A DNA stretch of 64,000 nucleotides, taken from positions 46,936,001-47,000,000 of the forward strand of contig NC_045697.1 of assembly GCF_009834535.1 (NCBI RefSeq). Direction: 5' to 3'. Shown one piece after another: positions 50,990-64,000 of the stretch. Origin of the DNA: Camelus ferus. Its lineage: Eukaryota. A program made the position numbers and the translations under genes. The notes below the pieces were generated by a model. It ran no database searches. It was not told the origin of the DNA and saw nothing but the letters and a program-made list of their open reading frames with translations. Positions within the stretch are counted from its first letter, which is position 1, and every line of letters begins with the position of its first letter.

Positions 50990-51810
50990 GATACTGGTAC
51001 ACATAAAGGGATTAAGCAAATAAATACGTATATTGTGGTTGATGAAAGCCAGATTTTCATTACAAATACTCACTAATTACTTACTTTTTAATAAGTACAA
51101 AATATTTTTACAGTGGAAAAGCTTGGCAGAGAACACTTTAATCAAGTACTCAAAAATGGGCATCACCAGTAATGGAAAATCTTAGCAGAGTATACTTCTT
51201 GGTGTTAGATGCTGAAAAAATACACATCATTTCTGTTGTATTCCTTCTTAATACTCATAACCTGTTTAATAAATTTAATCATAAACAAATCTCAAACTAA
51301 CCTAAATGGGGGATGGGGCATTCTACAAAGTAACTGGCCCATACTTTTCAAACACGTCAAGTTCATAAAAGACAATGAAAGACTAAGGAACTGTTCAGGA
51401 CTGGAGGAGACTTAAGAGACATGAAAACTAACTACAATACATGATTCTCAATTGGATCTTGAATCTCTAAAGGATCTAATTGGAACAAAAGGTGAAATTT
51501 GAATCGGGTCTGTGGATTAGACGGTAGAATTATATTAAAGCTAATTTCCTGATTTTTGAAGATTATACTGTGGTCACATGTGGAAATGCCCTTGTCTTTA
51601 GGAAATATACACTGAAATGTTAAGGGGCTATATCAGGAGCAATTTCAAATAGTTCAGATATAAATAATAATGACATATAACAGAGAATGAGGGAAATATG
51701 ATAAAATGTTTATATTTGTGGAAGTTGGGGAAAGGATACATGGGAGTTTATTTTGCTTTTCTTGCAGCTTTTCTATGAGTGTGAAATAATTTCCAAATAA
51801 AACATTTTTA
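50990..51810 (+). mobile_element. L1MC/MD-like 3'UTR
   Basis: ggcattctacaaagtaactggcccatacttttcaaac...gtgtgaaataatttccaaataaaac. Confidence 0.8.
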
Positions 51811-52009
51811 AAAGGACACAGTATATACTGAATATATTGAAAAATATATTGTAAAAGCTTACTAGCCAAATAAATGACAAGACATAGAAAATACAGTAGG
51901 GGCCCCTAATCACAAAATTACTGTGATTACCAGAATGATTGTATTCTTCAGTTTTTTTTTTTTTGACACCAGAAATGAATACTCAAGTGTGCAAAACTAA
52001 AGAATATAA

Positions 52010-52195
52010 ATTATTAGAGAGTGTAAGGTAAAGAACACTGAACTAGAAATTAGGACTCCTGAGGCTTAAATCTCTAAGTCTCCAGTTTAGTGCCTCACGA
52101 TAATCATGAACTTTTCCTGAACCTCAAGCTTACTTAGTTATAAAGTGAGTGATTAAACCATATAGTCCTTTTTATTTCTAAAATTCTATGATTCA
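52010..52195 (+). mobile_element. MIR3-like SINE
   Basis: gtgtaaggtaaagaacactgaactagaaattaggac...tctaaaattctatgattc. Confidence 0.6.
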
Positions 52196-54727
52196 ACTTC
52201 CTCCAATTAATGGCTTAAATCAAATGACTACAACCTAAATATCAACTAAGTATTTGACTAAACACAAACCAATGATAAAGTTTGTTGGACTACTATTTTC
52301 AGATGATCTTGAGTTTATTTGATAATATAGGGGAAAAATCTAAAAATACTTTCATATATAAATGTGTCTATTTGGTTGTTTTAGATTAAAAATTTTTCCT
52401 TGTTTCTTCATATATAATAGAAGAATCATGGCCTGAGTTGAATTTCAATAATTGCCTGAATCAAGTCTCTGAAAAAGTGATTATCAAATCTATCACACTT
52501 TCCTTCTTAACCCTTTAGTCCATTCTGAATTCAATTAGCATAGCCCATTAGGAAATTATACTAACAAACTCATGAGTTCATCTTCAGATGGCTCAGGAAA
52601 CCTTACCCCTTTGCCAGCCGCTACCTGATACATGCTTGTCATTGGTCACAAGGTCAATTGAGGGATCGTGTATGGATATATCACTGCAAATTCATCATTA
52701 ATATAAAAATAATTCACAAAGCATATCCAATCCACAATGGGCTAGTGGCATCATTTTTCTGTAGGAACACAGGACATCAAATTAAGTTTGATAATGTGTT
52801 ATTAATCTGAAAATCTCAAAATCCTCCTCTTTAACTTCATACTCAGCTCAAATTTTAAATCCCTGCCACTACTTTTTGTGCCTTTTAGTGATAAATACCT
52901 CCTTAGCTTTGTTACTCTTTTGAGCAGAAATGGGAGGCATAAAATCTGAAATGCATGTGCTTCTGTTTCTTCCAAATTTGTAACCTGGGAGAAGGCACTC
53001 ACCTTTTCAGTCGCCCCTGTGTTGTTGGGTTGGCAATCCAATACACAGACACTGCTGTTAGATAAATTCCTCTGACTGATCATGACACTAATATGCTCAT
53101 CACATTTTCACAAGTACAATAACTTACCTAAAGCTGAATTTTTAAATAGGATATTCACATGTTCAAAAGTAATATATTTTACCGGCTTACTAGCCAAAGA
53201 AACAAACACATGATTTGACATTCACTCTAAATCTTCAAAAGTGATCTCTTTGAAATGCTCCCTCCTGAAAGTGATCTCTTATGTGAGTAAATATTGGAAA
53301 TCAGAAGGCAATGTATTTACATGAAGCAGCTCCATAATACCCTAAATAGTATGGTAATGGGCAATCCGCAGCACAAACCTCTACAGTGAAGGAACACACT
53401 CTGCAAGAAGCCAGGCTCTGGAAACTTGCAGAGCCCTCAGATGAACAGAAGATGACTTGGTGATTGGTTATCTGGGACATAGTTCAAATGAGTTTGGGTT
53501 CTCATTCCCACTTTGTCAGAAGAACGCCAAGAGACAAGCATATAAAAAAGGAAAGATCTCATTGTGCTTGAATATTACATTAACCTATGAGCACCAGTGC
53601 TCCCTTGGTCAGCTTTTTCAGGGCTTGCTGGAGTCTCAGCTCTGCTGACCTGGTAGGTCTGATTATGAATGATCAATGTGCCTATTTGCAATAAAACTCT
53701 TTGCACAGATCTGGACCCTCAGCCCTTATTCAGTCATGCAGATAATAACGGCAGTTCAAGGCACTTGCCCATAACTCCAAGCTTCATTAAACAAAGGGAA
53801 TGTCACCAAAAGTCCCTTTAACTGTCTTTTTGCTGCTAGGCAGGGAAAAATTGGCCATTCTGAGAAAATGGAATTTACAGTGTTAATAAAACAAAGATTT
53901 GTATATCCCTGTGCTCTCTTTTGTACATCTTAAGCTTCTAGTGATAAAATCCACCACATTAGTGGGGAGCAGAGTGAGAAATGTGAACAAAGGATGCTGT
54001 GTACCTGAGGTCACATTCTGCTTCAGAGGAAATATTTCAATGGAATTTTCAGGTCTGTGACTGGGAATGGGATGTTGCCACTCCTCTTCATTCATTACAG
54101 ACACAACTAGTGTTAGGCTGGTGTTTCAAAGGTTTGGAGGTGGGGGAAGAATGGTGGGGGAGGCTCCAGAGGAGTGCAGTGTGGACTTGAAAAGAGGGTC
54201 CCTCTGTGGTACATAGAGGTAAGATGAAGTCTGTCTACTTTCTGGTCTCTGGAAGGGTGTAAAGTTTTGGCTACCCATTTTCTCAGGCCAAACATGTTAA
54301 CAAGTCACTGTTGTTTGGGAGAAGTGTCAACTACAAAACTTCTAATAAGGGATGGCCATCTAAGACACAGTCACCTGTGCAACACCTTCTTCCTCATGTT
54401 CCTCACGTGAATTCACAGTCCGCCATACACCTTTGTCATCAATCCTGCATCACCCTAACGCATATGTTAGTCTCCCTACCTGTTCAGAATACCCAGTCAC
54501 CTTTTTTCATATTCTTCTCCTTAACTTAAAGCTAGGCTTTCAGGACATAGTTTATTTTTTTCTTTCTGCCTGAATAACCTGCTATGATTTAAAACTCACA
54601 GGGAAATGCAGTTTTGAATGTGAAAACAACCACAGTCAAAGTTTAGGTTCCTTCAAAATCAACAAAATGGCTATTTCTGGATAATAGTTGATACCTGCAC
54701 TTCAACTCTTAGGCAATACCAATTCGA

Positions 54728-55236
54728 GAAACATGTAAACAAGGGAACCCTTGTGCACTGTTGGTGGGAATGTAAATTGGTACAGCCACTATGAAAAAGA
54801 GTATGGAGATTCCTTTAAAAATTAAAAATAGAGTCACCATACAATCTGGCAGTTCCACTTCTGGGTATTTTTCCAAAGAAAACAAGAACATTAACTCAAA
54901 AAGTTATATGCACCCCCATGTTCACTGCAGCATTATTTACAAGAGTGAAGATGCAGAAGCAATCTAAGTGTATATCAAATGATGAATGAATAAAGAAAAC
55001 GTAGTATCTATATACAATGGTATATTATTCAGCCATTAAAAAGAATGAAATCTTACCATTTGCAACAACATGGATGGACCTTGAGGACATTATGCTAAAT
55101 GAAATAAGTCAGACAAAGAAAGACAAATATCATATGATCTCATTTATATATGAAATCCTACACACACACAAGAAAGATACAGAGAACAGATTAATGGTTG
55201 CCAAAGGTTGGGGGGGTATTGGGTGGGCAAAATGAG
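54728..55236 (+). mobile_element. LINE-1 (L1MA-like) fragment truncated at both ends
   Basis: gcactgttggtgggaatgtaaattggtacagccactatg; YYSAIKKNEILPFATTWMDLEDIMLNEISQ; no A-tail. Confidence 0.9.
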
Positions 55237-55779
55237 TATACCTCAGACCTTATGTCTACTTTTTATGAGTCAAAGCAGGAACAAATATTTTCAAAAGATT
55301 GAGAACAAAAATCTGTCTGTGGTCTGAGGTATATGTATATGGCCATGTAGAACATAGTAAGATTAGTTGTTTCATGGTAATTCACTACTAAATGCTAAGC
55401 AAATGGACTCCAGGTTTTCTTGCCCAGTCAAAAGTTGACTGGTGAGCAACTTGCACACAGCAGTGGTCTGCAGAGCAGCCCTCTTTGCAAGCAAACAGCT
55501 TTCCCCTTTGAGTCCCTTTCAGACTTTTAGAACTGTATGAATATCTGCTCATGCAAAGCCCAGGACTTATTTATGTCTCCAAGTCACCCTGCAATAATTT
55601 TGTATGGGAAAGAAAATGTGGGAAAGGTCCAAAACAAAGGGGAGAAGGGATGGATGTGGTAATTTAAATGGTAATGAAATAAAAAGCATGGAGAAATATT
55701 ATTCCCAAAATGCCCTCCTGAAAAAGAAGTCACACAAAGAATAACTGAAAGACCCAAATATGACTGGCTCAAAGGAAAT

Positions 55780-56103
55780 ACTAAGGGAAGAGATTAGAGT
55801 TACATTCAAACATTTGAAGGTCATTTACAGATGGGGGATGTAGATTTACCCTGTGTTTATCTAAAGGTCAGAAATGGGATTAAATGGGTGAAAGTTGTCA
55901 AGTAGGAGATTTTGTCTCAACCTAAAAAAAGAACTTTGAATCACTAAAACTCCCAAACTGTGGCTTGCTCAGGAGGTGATGTACACCCGATGACCATCTA
56001 TGAGAGATGCTTCAGGAGAAGGTGTTACTGAAATGGGTGAGAGATTATTCTTAGATGATTTTTTTAAATACTTCAGACTTTAAGAATTCTGTAACTCTAT
56101 GAT
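55780..56103 (+). mobile_element. L3/CR1 3' end
   Basis: ttcaaacatttgaagg...aatgggtgaaagttg...ggagattttgtctcaacctaaaaaaagaacttt...attctgtaactctatga. Confidence 0.7.
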
Positions 56104-58479
56104 GAGTTGGGAGCTAAGAAAGTTTGTGAAGTGAGTAAACAAATAAAAAGCTTAACATGCCTTTATTTACTCCTCTGTCATCTTCAAGGCAGACTCGAGT
56201 CCTGATTGGTATTTTCAGTAGGGCTTACATATGTGTCTCTTAACTAGTAATATGATGTGAACTTTAATTTCATGAACTTTAATTAACCTTGTTTAAAGAA
56301 ACTTGAAGAAAAGTCAAGAAATGACAGAGTACTATTCTATAAAGTGATTTCATCTGTGAACACTCTATGGCATTAAGATGTCAAGGTATAAGTTACATAT
56401 TTTCTTGGCTGTTTGGAAAAGTTTGATCTTCTCAATTCAGTTTCAGTAAGAGTAGCCCATTGTTCTAATTTTAAAGCTCAGGGATAAGATATTTATCTTC
56501 CTCTTTCCTCCCACAGTCTTCCAAGGCCTGAAAAGCTTCTGCCCGATATCATCTATTCAAACTGAAAGACTGAGCAATTCAAAGCTCCCACTTAGGGCCT
56601 TGTGCTTTGGTCCAGCTGTATAATCCTCTTGTGGCTTCTGTGATTCAATCTGTTCTGATACACCTCCCACCAGCTGGAATACGTCTTTAGCATTAGAGTT
56701 TCTTTTCCATTATTTTTAATCCAGGCAGTTTACAGTTTGTTCTGTTTTGTTTTGAACCCTGTATTATTAGGTCTTTGGCCTACTGGGATTTATTTCAGTA
56801 TATTTCTACTAGATTATAAATGCTTGTAGATGGAATTGTTCATAATGGTAGGTAGGAGCCATTCACATTTTAGTCTTTTTGTATTTTCCGTAGCATTTAG
56901 CACAATGCCTTGCACACAATAGGTATTCAGCCAAGGTATGTGAAATTCAATTATTCTTTATTTTTCCCGCCTAAGAAAGTATTGCCTAAAAAAGTAAAAC
57001 AATGCTGAAATGATGACATTTGTAAAATATCATGCACAAAAATAATCTTTTGGTACTTTTCATTCATTTCAACAGTAATTGACCAATTTACTATTGACAT
57101 CTACTAAGAAATTTTAAGTACCTGATCATCTACCATTCAAAACCAACAACTTTAGTTTTCCAGAATGAAAGAAGGAAAAAAGCCTGACTGAAGAGAGTAA
57201 AATCAGCTTTTGAGCAACTTCATGATTTCCCTACATAAACACTGTATTATTGACTTACTAAATATTTTCAACAGAAAGAAATCTTGGCAACTAACAAGTC
57301 CAACTTCCTGAAGTGAAAGATAGATTATTATATATTAAGGACTACTATATGTTAAGGAAATGACTTGTTTTGTTTTTAAACAAGAAAACCAAACTCTTGG
57401 CTAGATTTTTAAAAAGCAAAGATAGGGCAATGTTTTAGGGATGGCAGAAAAGGTATAAAGGGGCAGAAGCTTTCTTCCCTTTCTTGGAAAGTCCAGTAGA
57501 TGTTGACAGTCCCTACTGGCATAGCCTGAATTTCTGCTGCGGTGGAATTCAATCAGTGGGTAACAGATAATAATGATGTATGGAAGACACTTACTACTTC
57601 TCTTGTTTCCATCTAGAAGAGGACATTTTCACTCTATTCCCCAGGGAGCAAACCATGGAAGAAGTATTCAAGCTCTCCTTCAACTCACTCCTCTATGGGA
57701 AGAGTGATTGATCTAATTGATAAATTTGGGAGAAGTAATTGAGTCCATTTGGCTCAGCATCTTCTGCGTCCATCTCTTTCAGAGCCTATTTGACTGCAGG
57801 ATGCAAGCTTCTGGGCCTTTTCTCCCATGTGATAGCTTAGCAGCTCTAGACCTACCTTTGCAAGGGGAGCATATAGTTCTGAGAAGAGAAAGGTTAAAAT
57901 CAGATGATATATTAGCAAGCCCTCTCTGGCCATAAATCTAAAGTAATATTCACTAATTCAGCTATTACGAATAAGAAGGATTTCTATGTGTCTGAATCCC
58001 ATGTCCCATCTCTCAGTTGTTTCAAAATCTGCAAGAAGAAAGAGATGAACAGAATAGAAAAAATCTCAAATTTTAACCTCGTGCATTAAAGAATTATAAT
58101 TATAGGCTATCCTTTGAAATTATAATGATTTTAAGACCAATACAAAAAATTAATAGGTAAATCAGCCTCCAAGTTTTCAACATTAAAATAATCTGTATTC
58201 TATTTTTATACTGTGTTCCTTTTAATAAAACAGAAAAATTTGAACTGTTATTGCTACACTTGGTAACCATTTCTTGTGAAGGAAATTCGTATTGGCCAGT
58301 ACATTAAATATATAGAAAAATTTATAATTTGTGGCTGTGGACAGCAGAATAATTTCATCAGTTTATTTATGCTAGCCTTATAATGAACATTATTTCTCTC
58401 GGTATGGGAGACATTATTCCCAGGCACACCACATCTGAAACATAACCATATACTTAACCATCATATCAAATAGTATTTT

Positions 58480-58680
58480 GGGATGGTTTTCAAAATATTT
58501 TCACTCGTATTCTTTTATTCAACCCTTTCAACAGCACCATGAATTGAGAAAGGCAAGTAGTTTATCTATATTTTAACACTGAAAAAATTCACAGAGATTA
58601 TGTGACTTCTTAAATTTTCTCTACCAGTAGCAAGCTGATACTAGTATCAAGTGTCCTGCCTCCTATTCCTACACAATTTT
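58480..58680 (-). mobile_element. MIR SINE
   Basis: tttatctatattttaacactgaaaaaattcacagagattatgtgactt. Confidence 0.55.
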
Positions 58681-58904
58681 TGTATATTTATTATATTCTC
58701 ATTATTGTACATACTAATAAGGGCAGCATTAATTGTAAGTGATTAAAACTGTATGATTTGTTCTTTGTTTGGCTGCCAAGAGCATATTAATTCAATGTAA
58801 TTAAAAATATTTATTAAGTATCCAGCACATGGTTTAGCAAATAACAACAACGATGAAAACAATAATAATAATGATGGAAGGCTCTAAATGTGTTAGGATT
58901 GAAG

Positions 58905-58940
58905 AATGAATGGATAGATGGATGGATCAATGGATGGATA
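58905..58940. repeat. (TGGA)n-like simple repeat
   Basis: aatgaatggatagatggatggatcaatggatggata. Confidence 0.8.
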
Positions 58941-60679
58941 AATATGCAATTGAGGCAAAAAGAGAAGAATAAGATGTAACTCCTAAGGAGGACAAATGTA
59001 GTAATACACAAACAGTTAGAACTCATGACAATGTATGCTATAACAGAGACAGGTACATTGTGCTAGGAGAACAGATGACAGAACAAGTCATTGTGCCACG
59101 TTTTGAGATTATTCTACAACTGTTGTACCACAGACCCATTGAAATGTTCTTTATGTTGTAAACAAAAGAACTGGAGGTAATGGAGCATGAAAGGCCCATT
59201 GCCAGAATTTTTCAAAGAAAAATACCTTAGAATCCACAAAAATCAACAAAGAATCTAGGAATTTGAAACCTCAAAGAACTGAAATGAAAAACCCAGCCCT
59301 ACATGTTTTTATTAAAGCAGTGACATCCAGATGGGATGGAGGGCAGAAGGGAGATGCATAATGCCATGTACATGTATATTTTGTAGTAAAAGAAAGCATT
59401 GAACCAAAGCATTAACCAGACACATTTCTAACCTTGACATGAGTTGCTGATGAAATGGCCCTTAGGATAAACAGCACAATTGGCCTTATTTTGACCTAAG
59501 TCAGCAGGGGCTTTTAGCAACAGTTCAGTCATGTAAATGCCCTCTTGAACAAGAACAGAACACATTGTTCAAGTTGTTCAAACAGGGCTGGCAGGTCAGT
59601 AACTGACACAAGAGAACTTGGGCAGAGGGAGAACAGGAAGAGGATCTCTTTCAGGAGTGGTGAGTGCTAAGGGGATTTAACAGAATGAAAGGAAACTGTT
59701 CTGGGAAAAATAGTATCTGAATCCAAAATACTTTGGCACTTTAATCGAATATGCTGCTTAGGGAAAAGGCAGTCTGCACCCCAACACCTGCTGGACCTAA
59801 TGGACTCTGAAATGTTGTTTCAGAATTAATCAAGTCATTTAAAATCATAGCTGCAGTCTCCATTCACTACTCCTGTGCATAAATGTGCTGATCCCGATAC
59901 TAATCCATGTCGGGTGACTTGAGCAATATATCACCATAATTGCCATTTTAGGGCTGCAAATTGGAGCTAAAATAACCAGATGCAAAAGAGATGGCCGTAT
60001 CATACTCTCAAGATGGATCTTCAAAGTTCAAGGAGAGTTCAAGCATGGAAGAGGCAATAGAAAGGGGTCAAGTGTAAGGGGATTGTTCATGTTCAAGAGG
60101 AATTAACTTTACAAATATATTGTTTCTGAGGTGGTAATTGTCCCATCTTACAGTTATTCATACCTCATTTACTCATTGCATTCTTCTCAAGCATTTAATG
60201 AAATGAATTTGATTTTGACAAAATATTCTATTTCAAAATTGCCATTAATTTTCAAGATTTTTTTATTCTCCTCTAAATTATCTGTTTTAAAGGGATAGAG
60301 ACTAAATTTGGGAAATCTAATATTTCCCTAGCTAATCTTCTGGCAAGTCTCCACGTCAGTTTTAGATATTTCCTCTCTAGCTTAGTCAATTAAATCATTG
60401 AACTAAAAAAAGTCACCAGCATTTCCAACATTCCAAATTCAAAAAACCAGGAAAGAGTTCCGTCCCATTTGAGTAAGATGAAGGCAGTTTTCTAGTTTAT
60501 CTGTCACAGTTTCTCACCTAGAGGACTGTAAAAGTGTGCAACTAACAGCTTACTGTATAGTTATTTGTTTGTATAAATATTGAGACAGATTTGGAAAGTT
60601 GGTAGCAAAAAACTCCTATGACTATTTCAGCATCAAAGTTGCTAGAAATGCCATTCATACATTAGCTTTGATCAAATCA

Positions 60680-61030
60680 CCATTCCCTTGATATCTTTAG
60701 AAATCACCATAGAAAGGAAGCACAATATACTACCTCTATTTCAAAATCTAAACCTGTTAACATAGCACTAAGGATCTTCACAATCTGAAGCCTAAATCTA
60801 AACCTATCTGTTTAACACCTCTTCCTCACAAGCCCTTTCACTGCAGCTTCTGCCACAACACATGGCTCATTGTTATTCAAAGAACAAAGTTTGTTTAATC
60901 CTCCCCTCATTTTCAAATGCTCTTTTCTCTATAGGACATATTTATTTCCCCTTTGTCTCTAGCTGGTATGGTTATAGTTACTCTTTAATACCCAGCTGAA
61001 ATGTCATCATCTTTGTCTCACTAGCCATCC
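60680..61030 (+). mobile_element. L2 fragment
   Basis: aaatctaaacctgttaacatagcactaaggatcttcacaatctg...acccagctgaaatgtcatc. Confidence 0.55.
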
Positions 61031-61359
61031 CGATAAAGGGCAGATAGTTCTTTTTTTGTTTCTTTTCTTTTTTTTTGATTTCCTGTAGTGAAGAATGCAA
61101 GCCTCCACTGCAATTACTTATCACAACATATTATACATATTATAGATATTGTCTTTGTGTCTATCACCTTCAATTACATTATGAGATAATAAAGTAAATA
61201 GACTAATTTCATAATTGTTTAAATAATATACTAAATGTAGGTAAAATCCATTTGTAAAATTATAAAGCAATGTTAAAATTGGAGTTGTCTTGCTATTATT
61301 ATTTCTCACAGTAAGTAATGTATCACAATGTATCATACATATTTCTTTGGGACTAATCT

Positions 61360-64000
61360 AGCAACCGTCAGGATAGAGTGGATAAAATATTTGAAGAAAT
61401 AATGGTCAAAATTATTCAAAATTCGATGAAAATTATAAATCTTCCATTCTAAGAGATTTAAATTAAACACAAGCAGAATAAACACAAATAAAACATCAAG
61501 GCATATCATAATTAAATTGCTGAAAACTAAGAGACAATTATAAATATAGCCAGTGAAAAAGGACACATTACATAAAACAGGGGAACAAAGATAAGAATAA
61601 CTTCAAATGTCAAAAACAAGGTAAGCCAAAAGACAATTCAATGACATTTTTAAAGTTCTGAAAGAAAAAAATAGTAAAATTAGAATTCTATATCTGGGAA
61701 TAGCATCTTCAAAAAAGAGGATAAAAAATAAAGCTATGAGGATATATTGTACAACACAGGGAATATAGCCAATATTTTATAATAGTTATCAATGGAGTAT
61801 AACCTTTAAAAATTGTGAATCACTATGTTATACGCCTGTAACTTATATAATAGTGTACATCAAATATACTTCAATTAAATAAATAAGTAAATAAATAAGT
61901 AAATAACATTTTTTAAAAGGCAAAAGTAGTATATTTTAGGGAAAACCAAACCTCAGATAATTTTTTGTATCAGACTTCCATTAAAGAAATGTTAAAGTAA
62001 TTCTTCAGGCTAAAGAAAGATAAAAACACATGGCAAGTTCAACATACACAAGAAATCTATGCATGCCAATATCATAAATATGTGGTAAATCTAACAAATA
62101 TTTTAGTCATTTTTGAGGTTTCTTTAAGAAATAAGAAAATATTTTAAAATAATAGTAATAGTATTTTGAGGTATATAATATGGGAAAAATTATCACAACA
62201 ATGTAACAATGGATTGAAGCATGAAATGGAAGTATATAGCTCCAAAATTATTACAGTATGCATAAAATGATATAATATTTTTGAAAATAGATTATAAGGT
62301 AAATAATGCACAAACTAAGTGAAATAAAACATAGGTTGCTAATACAAAAATGTATCTAAAAACAAACACTACAAAATATTCAATTAAACAAATTCAAATG
62401 GAAACAGAAAAAGCAGAAAGAGGAAAAGAGAATACAAAGACAAAAAGAAAACAAATAGGATAATGGTAAAACTAACCTCAACCATGTTAATAATCATGCT
62501 ACATATAAACTGTCTAAAATTTCCAGTAAAAAAGCAAAGATTTTTCAAACTGAACAAAAAATCATGACTGAATCATAGACTATTCACCAAAAAGTGAACT
62601 TACAATATAAAGACACAGATTAAAAGTAAAAGAATGGAAGAACAAAAAACATGCACACACTAAAAGAAAACTGAAGCAGCTATAGCAGAATCAGGAAAAG
62701 TACACTTCAGGAGAAGGATATAACAGAAAATAAAATAGACTTTTCCAAGTGACAAGTGTCAATTAGCTAAGAAAAAAGAGCAATATTTAATGTGTAAACT
62801 CTAAATAATAGTACTTCAAAATACTTAAAGCAAAAGTTGAAAGAACTAAAAAGAAAAAGAGACAAATCCAAAAAGACAGTTGGAGATTTCAACACTTCAA
62901 CAAATCAATAGAATACAAAGACACAAAAAATGAGGACAGACAAAACTTGAATGGCAAAATTAACCTACCTGACATAACTGACATTATAGAACTCATTCCA
63001 ACAAAGCAAGCTTAAATAAACTTAAAAGGATTAACATTATATAGAGCTTATATTCTGATCATAATGGTATTAAACTAGAAATCAATTTAAAAATATCTGG
63101 AAATGCCCAAATAGTTAGAAATTAAACAACACTCTTCTGAAGAACACATAGATCAAGTGAAAACACAAAAAGTGAAATTAAAAACTATTTGACCTCATAG
63201 AAAAAAATATACAACACATCAAAATTTGTGGGATGTAATGAAAGCTGAGCTTAAAGGAAATTTATTGGTTTGATTTAAATATTCATGTTGAAAAAGAAGA
63301 GCCTAAAATAAGTGATATGAAGTTCCACTTTATGAAGCTAAAATCAAATAGAATATTAAGTATAAAAATGTAAAATAAAAGAAATAATACTGATATGCTA
63401 AATCAGTTAACATATAACTAAAAATAGAGACAAACAATAAAAAAAAAAAAGCTAGTTCTCCAAAAAAAATGGAAAAACCTCTAACTAGACTAATCAAGGA
63501 AAAAAGAAGAGAGAAAGAGCAAACAAGTAAATTCAACAATTTATGTGAAAAGAACAAACTACTTGAAAGACAGAAATTACCAACAGTGCACAAAACAGCC
63601 CTAGATGTAGTAAGGTAATTAAATTTGTAAACAAAAATTTTCTCACAAAGAAAAGCAAAACCACAAGCCCAAATAGCTTTCTAGCTGAAATTTAGCAAAC
63701 GGTTAAGGAAGGAATCATTCTAATGCTACAGAAAATATTTTAGAACATAAAGAGGAGGGAACACTACCAAACTCACTTTAAATGGCAAGCATTACCTTGA
63801 TACCAAACCAAAGACATTACAAAAATAAGACAACTCAGAGACCAGTAACTCTCATGAACACAGATGCAAAAAGAAAAAAATCATAGTATTAACAAATGAA
63901 ATCCAGCAACATTGTAAAAGTTAATGCATAATGACCATGTAGGGTATACCCAAAGAATGTATGGTTGGTTTAACATTTGAAAATTAATCAATTTACTTAA
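61360..64000 (+). mobile_element. Old LINE-1 (L1M) ORF1 and ORF2 relic, runs off the window
   Basis: ORF1-like aaaatatttgaagaaataatggtcaaaatt; EN-like TVGDFNT; later caaaatttgtgggatg and gcattaccttgataccaaacc. Confidence 0.85.
61737..61908 (+). mobile_element. Short younger L1 3'-end insertion nested in the older L1
   Basis: tgtacaacacagggaatatagccaatattttataatag...atacttcaatt plus (AAAT)n tail; similar to 36705-36826. Confidence 0.8.

Noticed and set aside
53238..53280. 13-bp direct repeat aaagtgatctctt (and similar pairs near 56260, 57330 and 60745) as array or CRISPR-like repeats
   Set aside because: Only two copies each, in a eukaryotic context; ordinary local micro-duplications.
646..63593. 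Supplied six-frame ORFs as genes
   Set aside because: All are under 140 aa. The recognisable ones are sense or antisense L1 fragments, LTR or microsatellite sequence; none resembles a cellular protein I recognise.

Overview
AT-rich, CpG-depleted mammalian non-coding DNA, either intergenic or deep in a long intron, and dense in transposable-element relics. I recognise no cellular protein-coding exon, RNA gene or CRISPR array. The supplied ORFs with recognisable content are LINE-1 fragments or microsatellites. Recognisable content: many LINE-1 pieces (several with target-site duplications, TSDs), ERVL/MaLR/ERV1-type solo LTRs, an ERVL gag-protease relic, L2, L3/CR1, MIR and hAT/Tigger MITEs. 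The L1 3' ends and the apparent lack of Alu, B1, Bov-A/BovB, PRE1 and SINEC suggest a cetartiodactyl, probably a camelid (inference). Best observations: a TSD-bounded L1 with two large internal ORF2 deletions, one bridged by a poly(A) tract; a twin-priming (5'-inverted) L1; an inverted pair of same-family solo LTRs about 12 kb apart; small templated duplications at rearrangement junctions; an orphan GC-rich insert; and several splice-site-bounded candidate exons that, with a plus-strand L1 bias, hint at a minus-strand host transcript. I found no convincing novel multi-gene system. Repeat family names come from remembered consensus sequences and need RepeatMasker/Dfam confirmation. Boundaries without TSDs are approximate.
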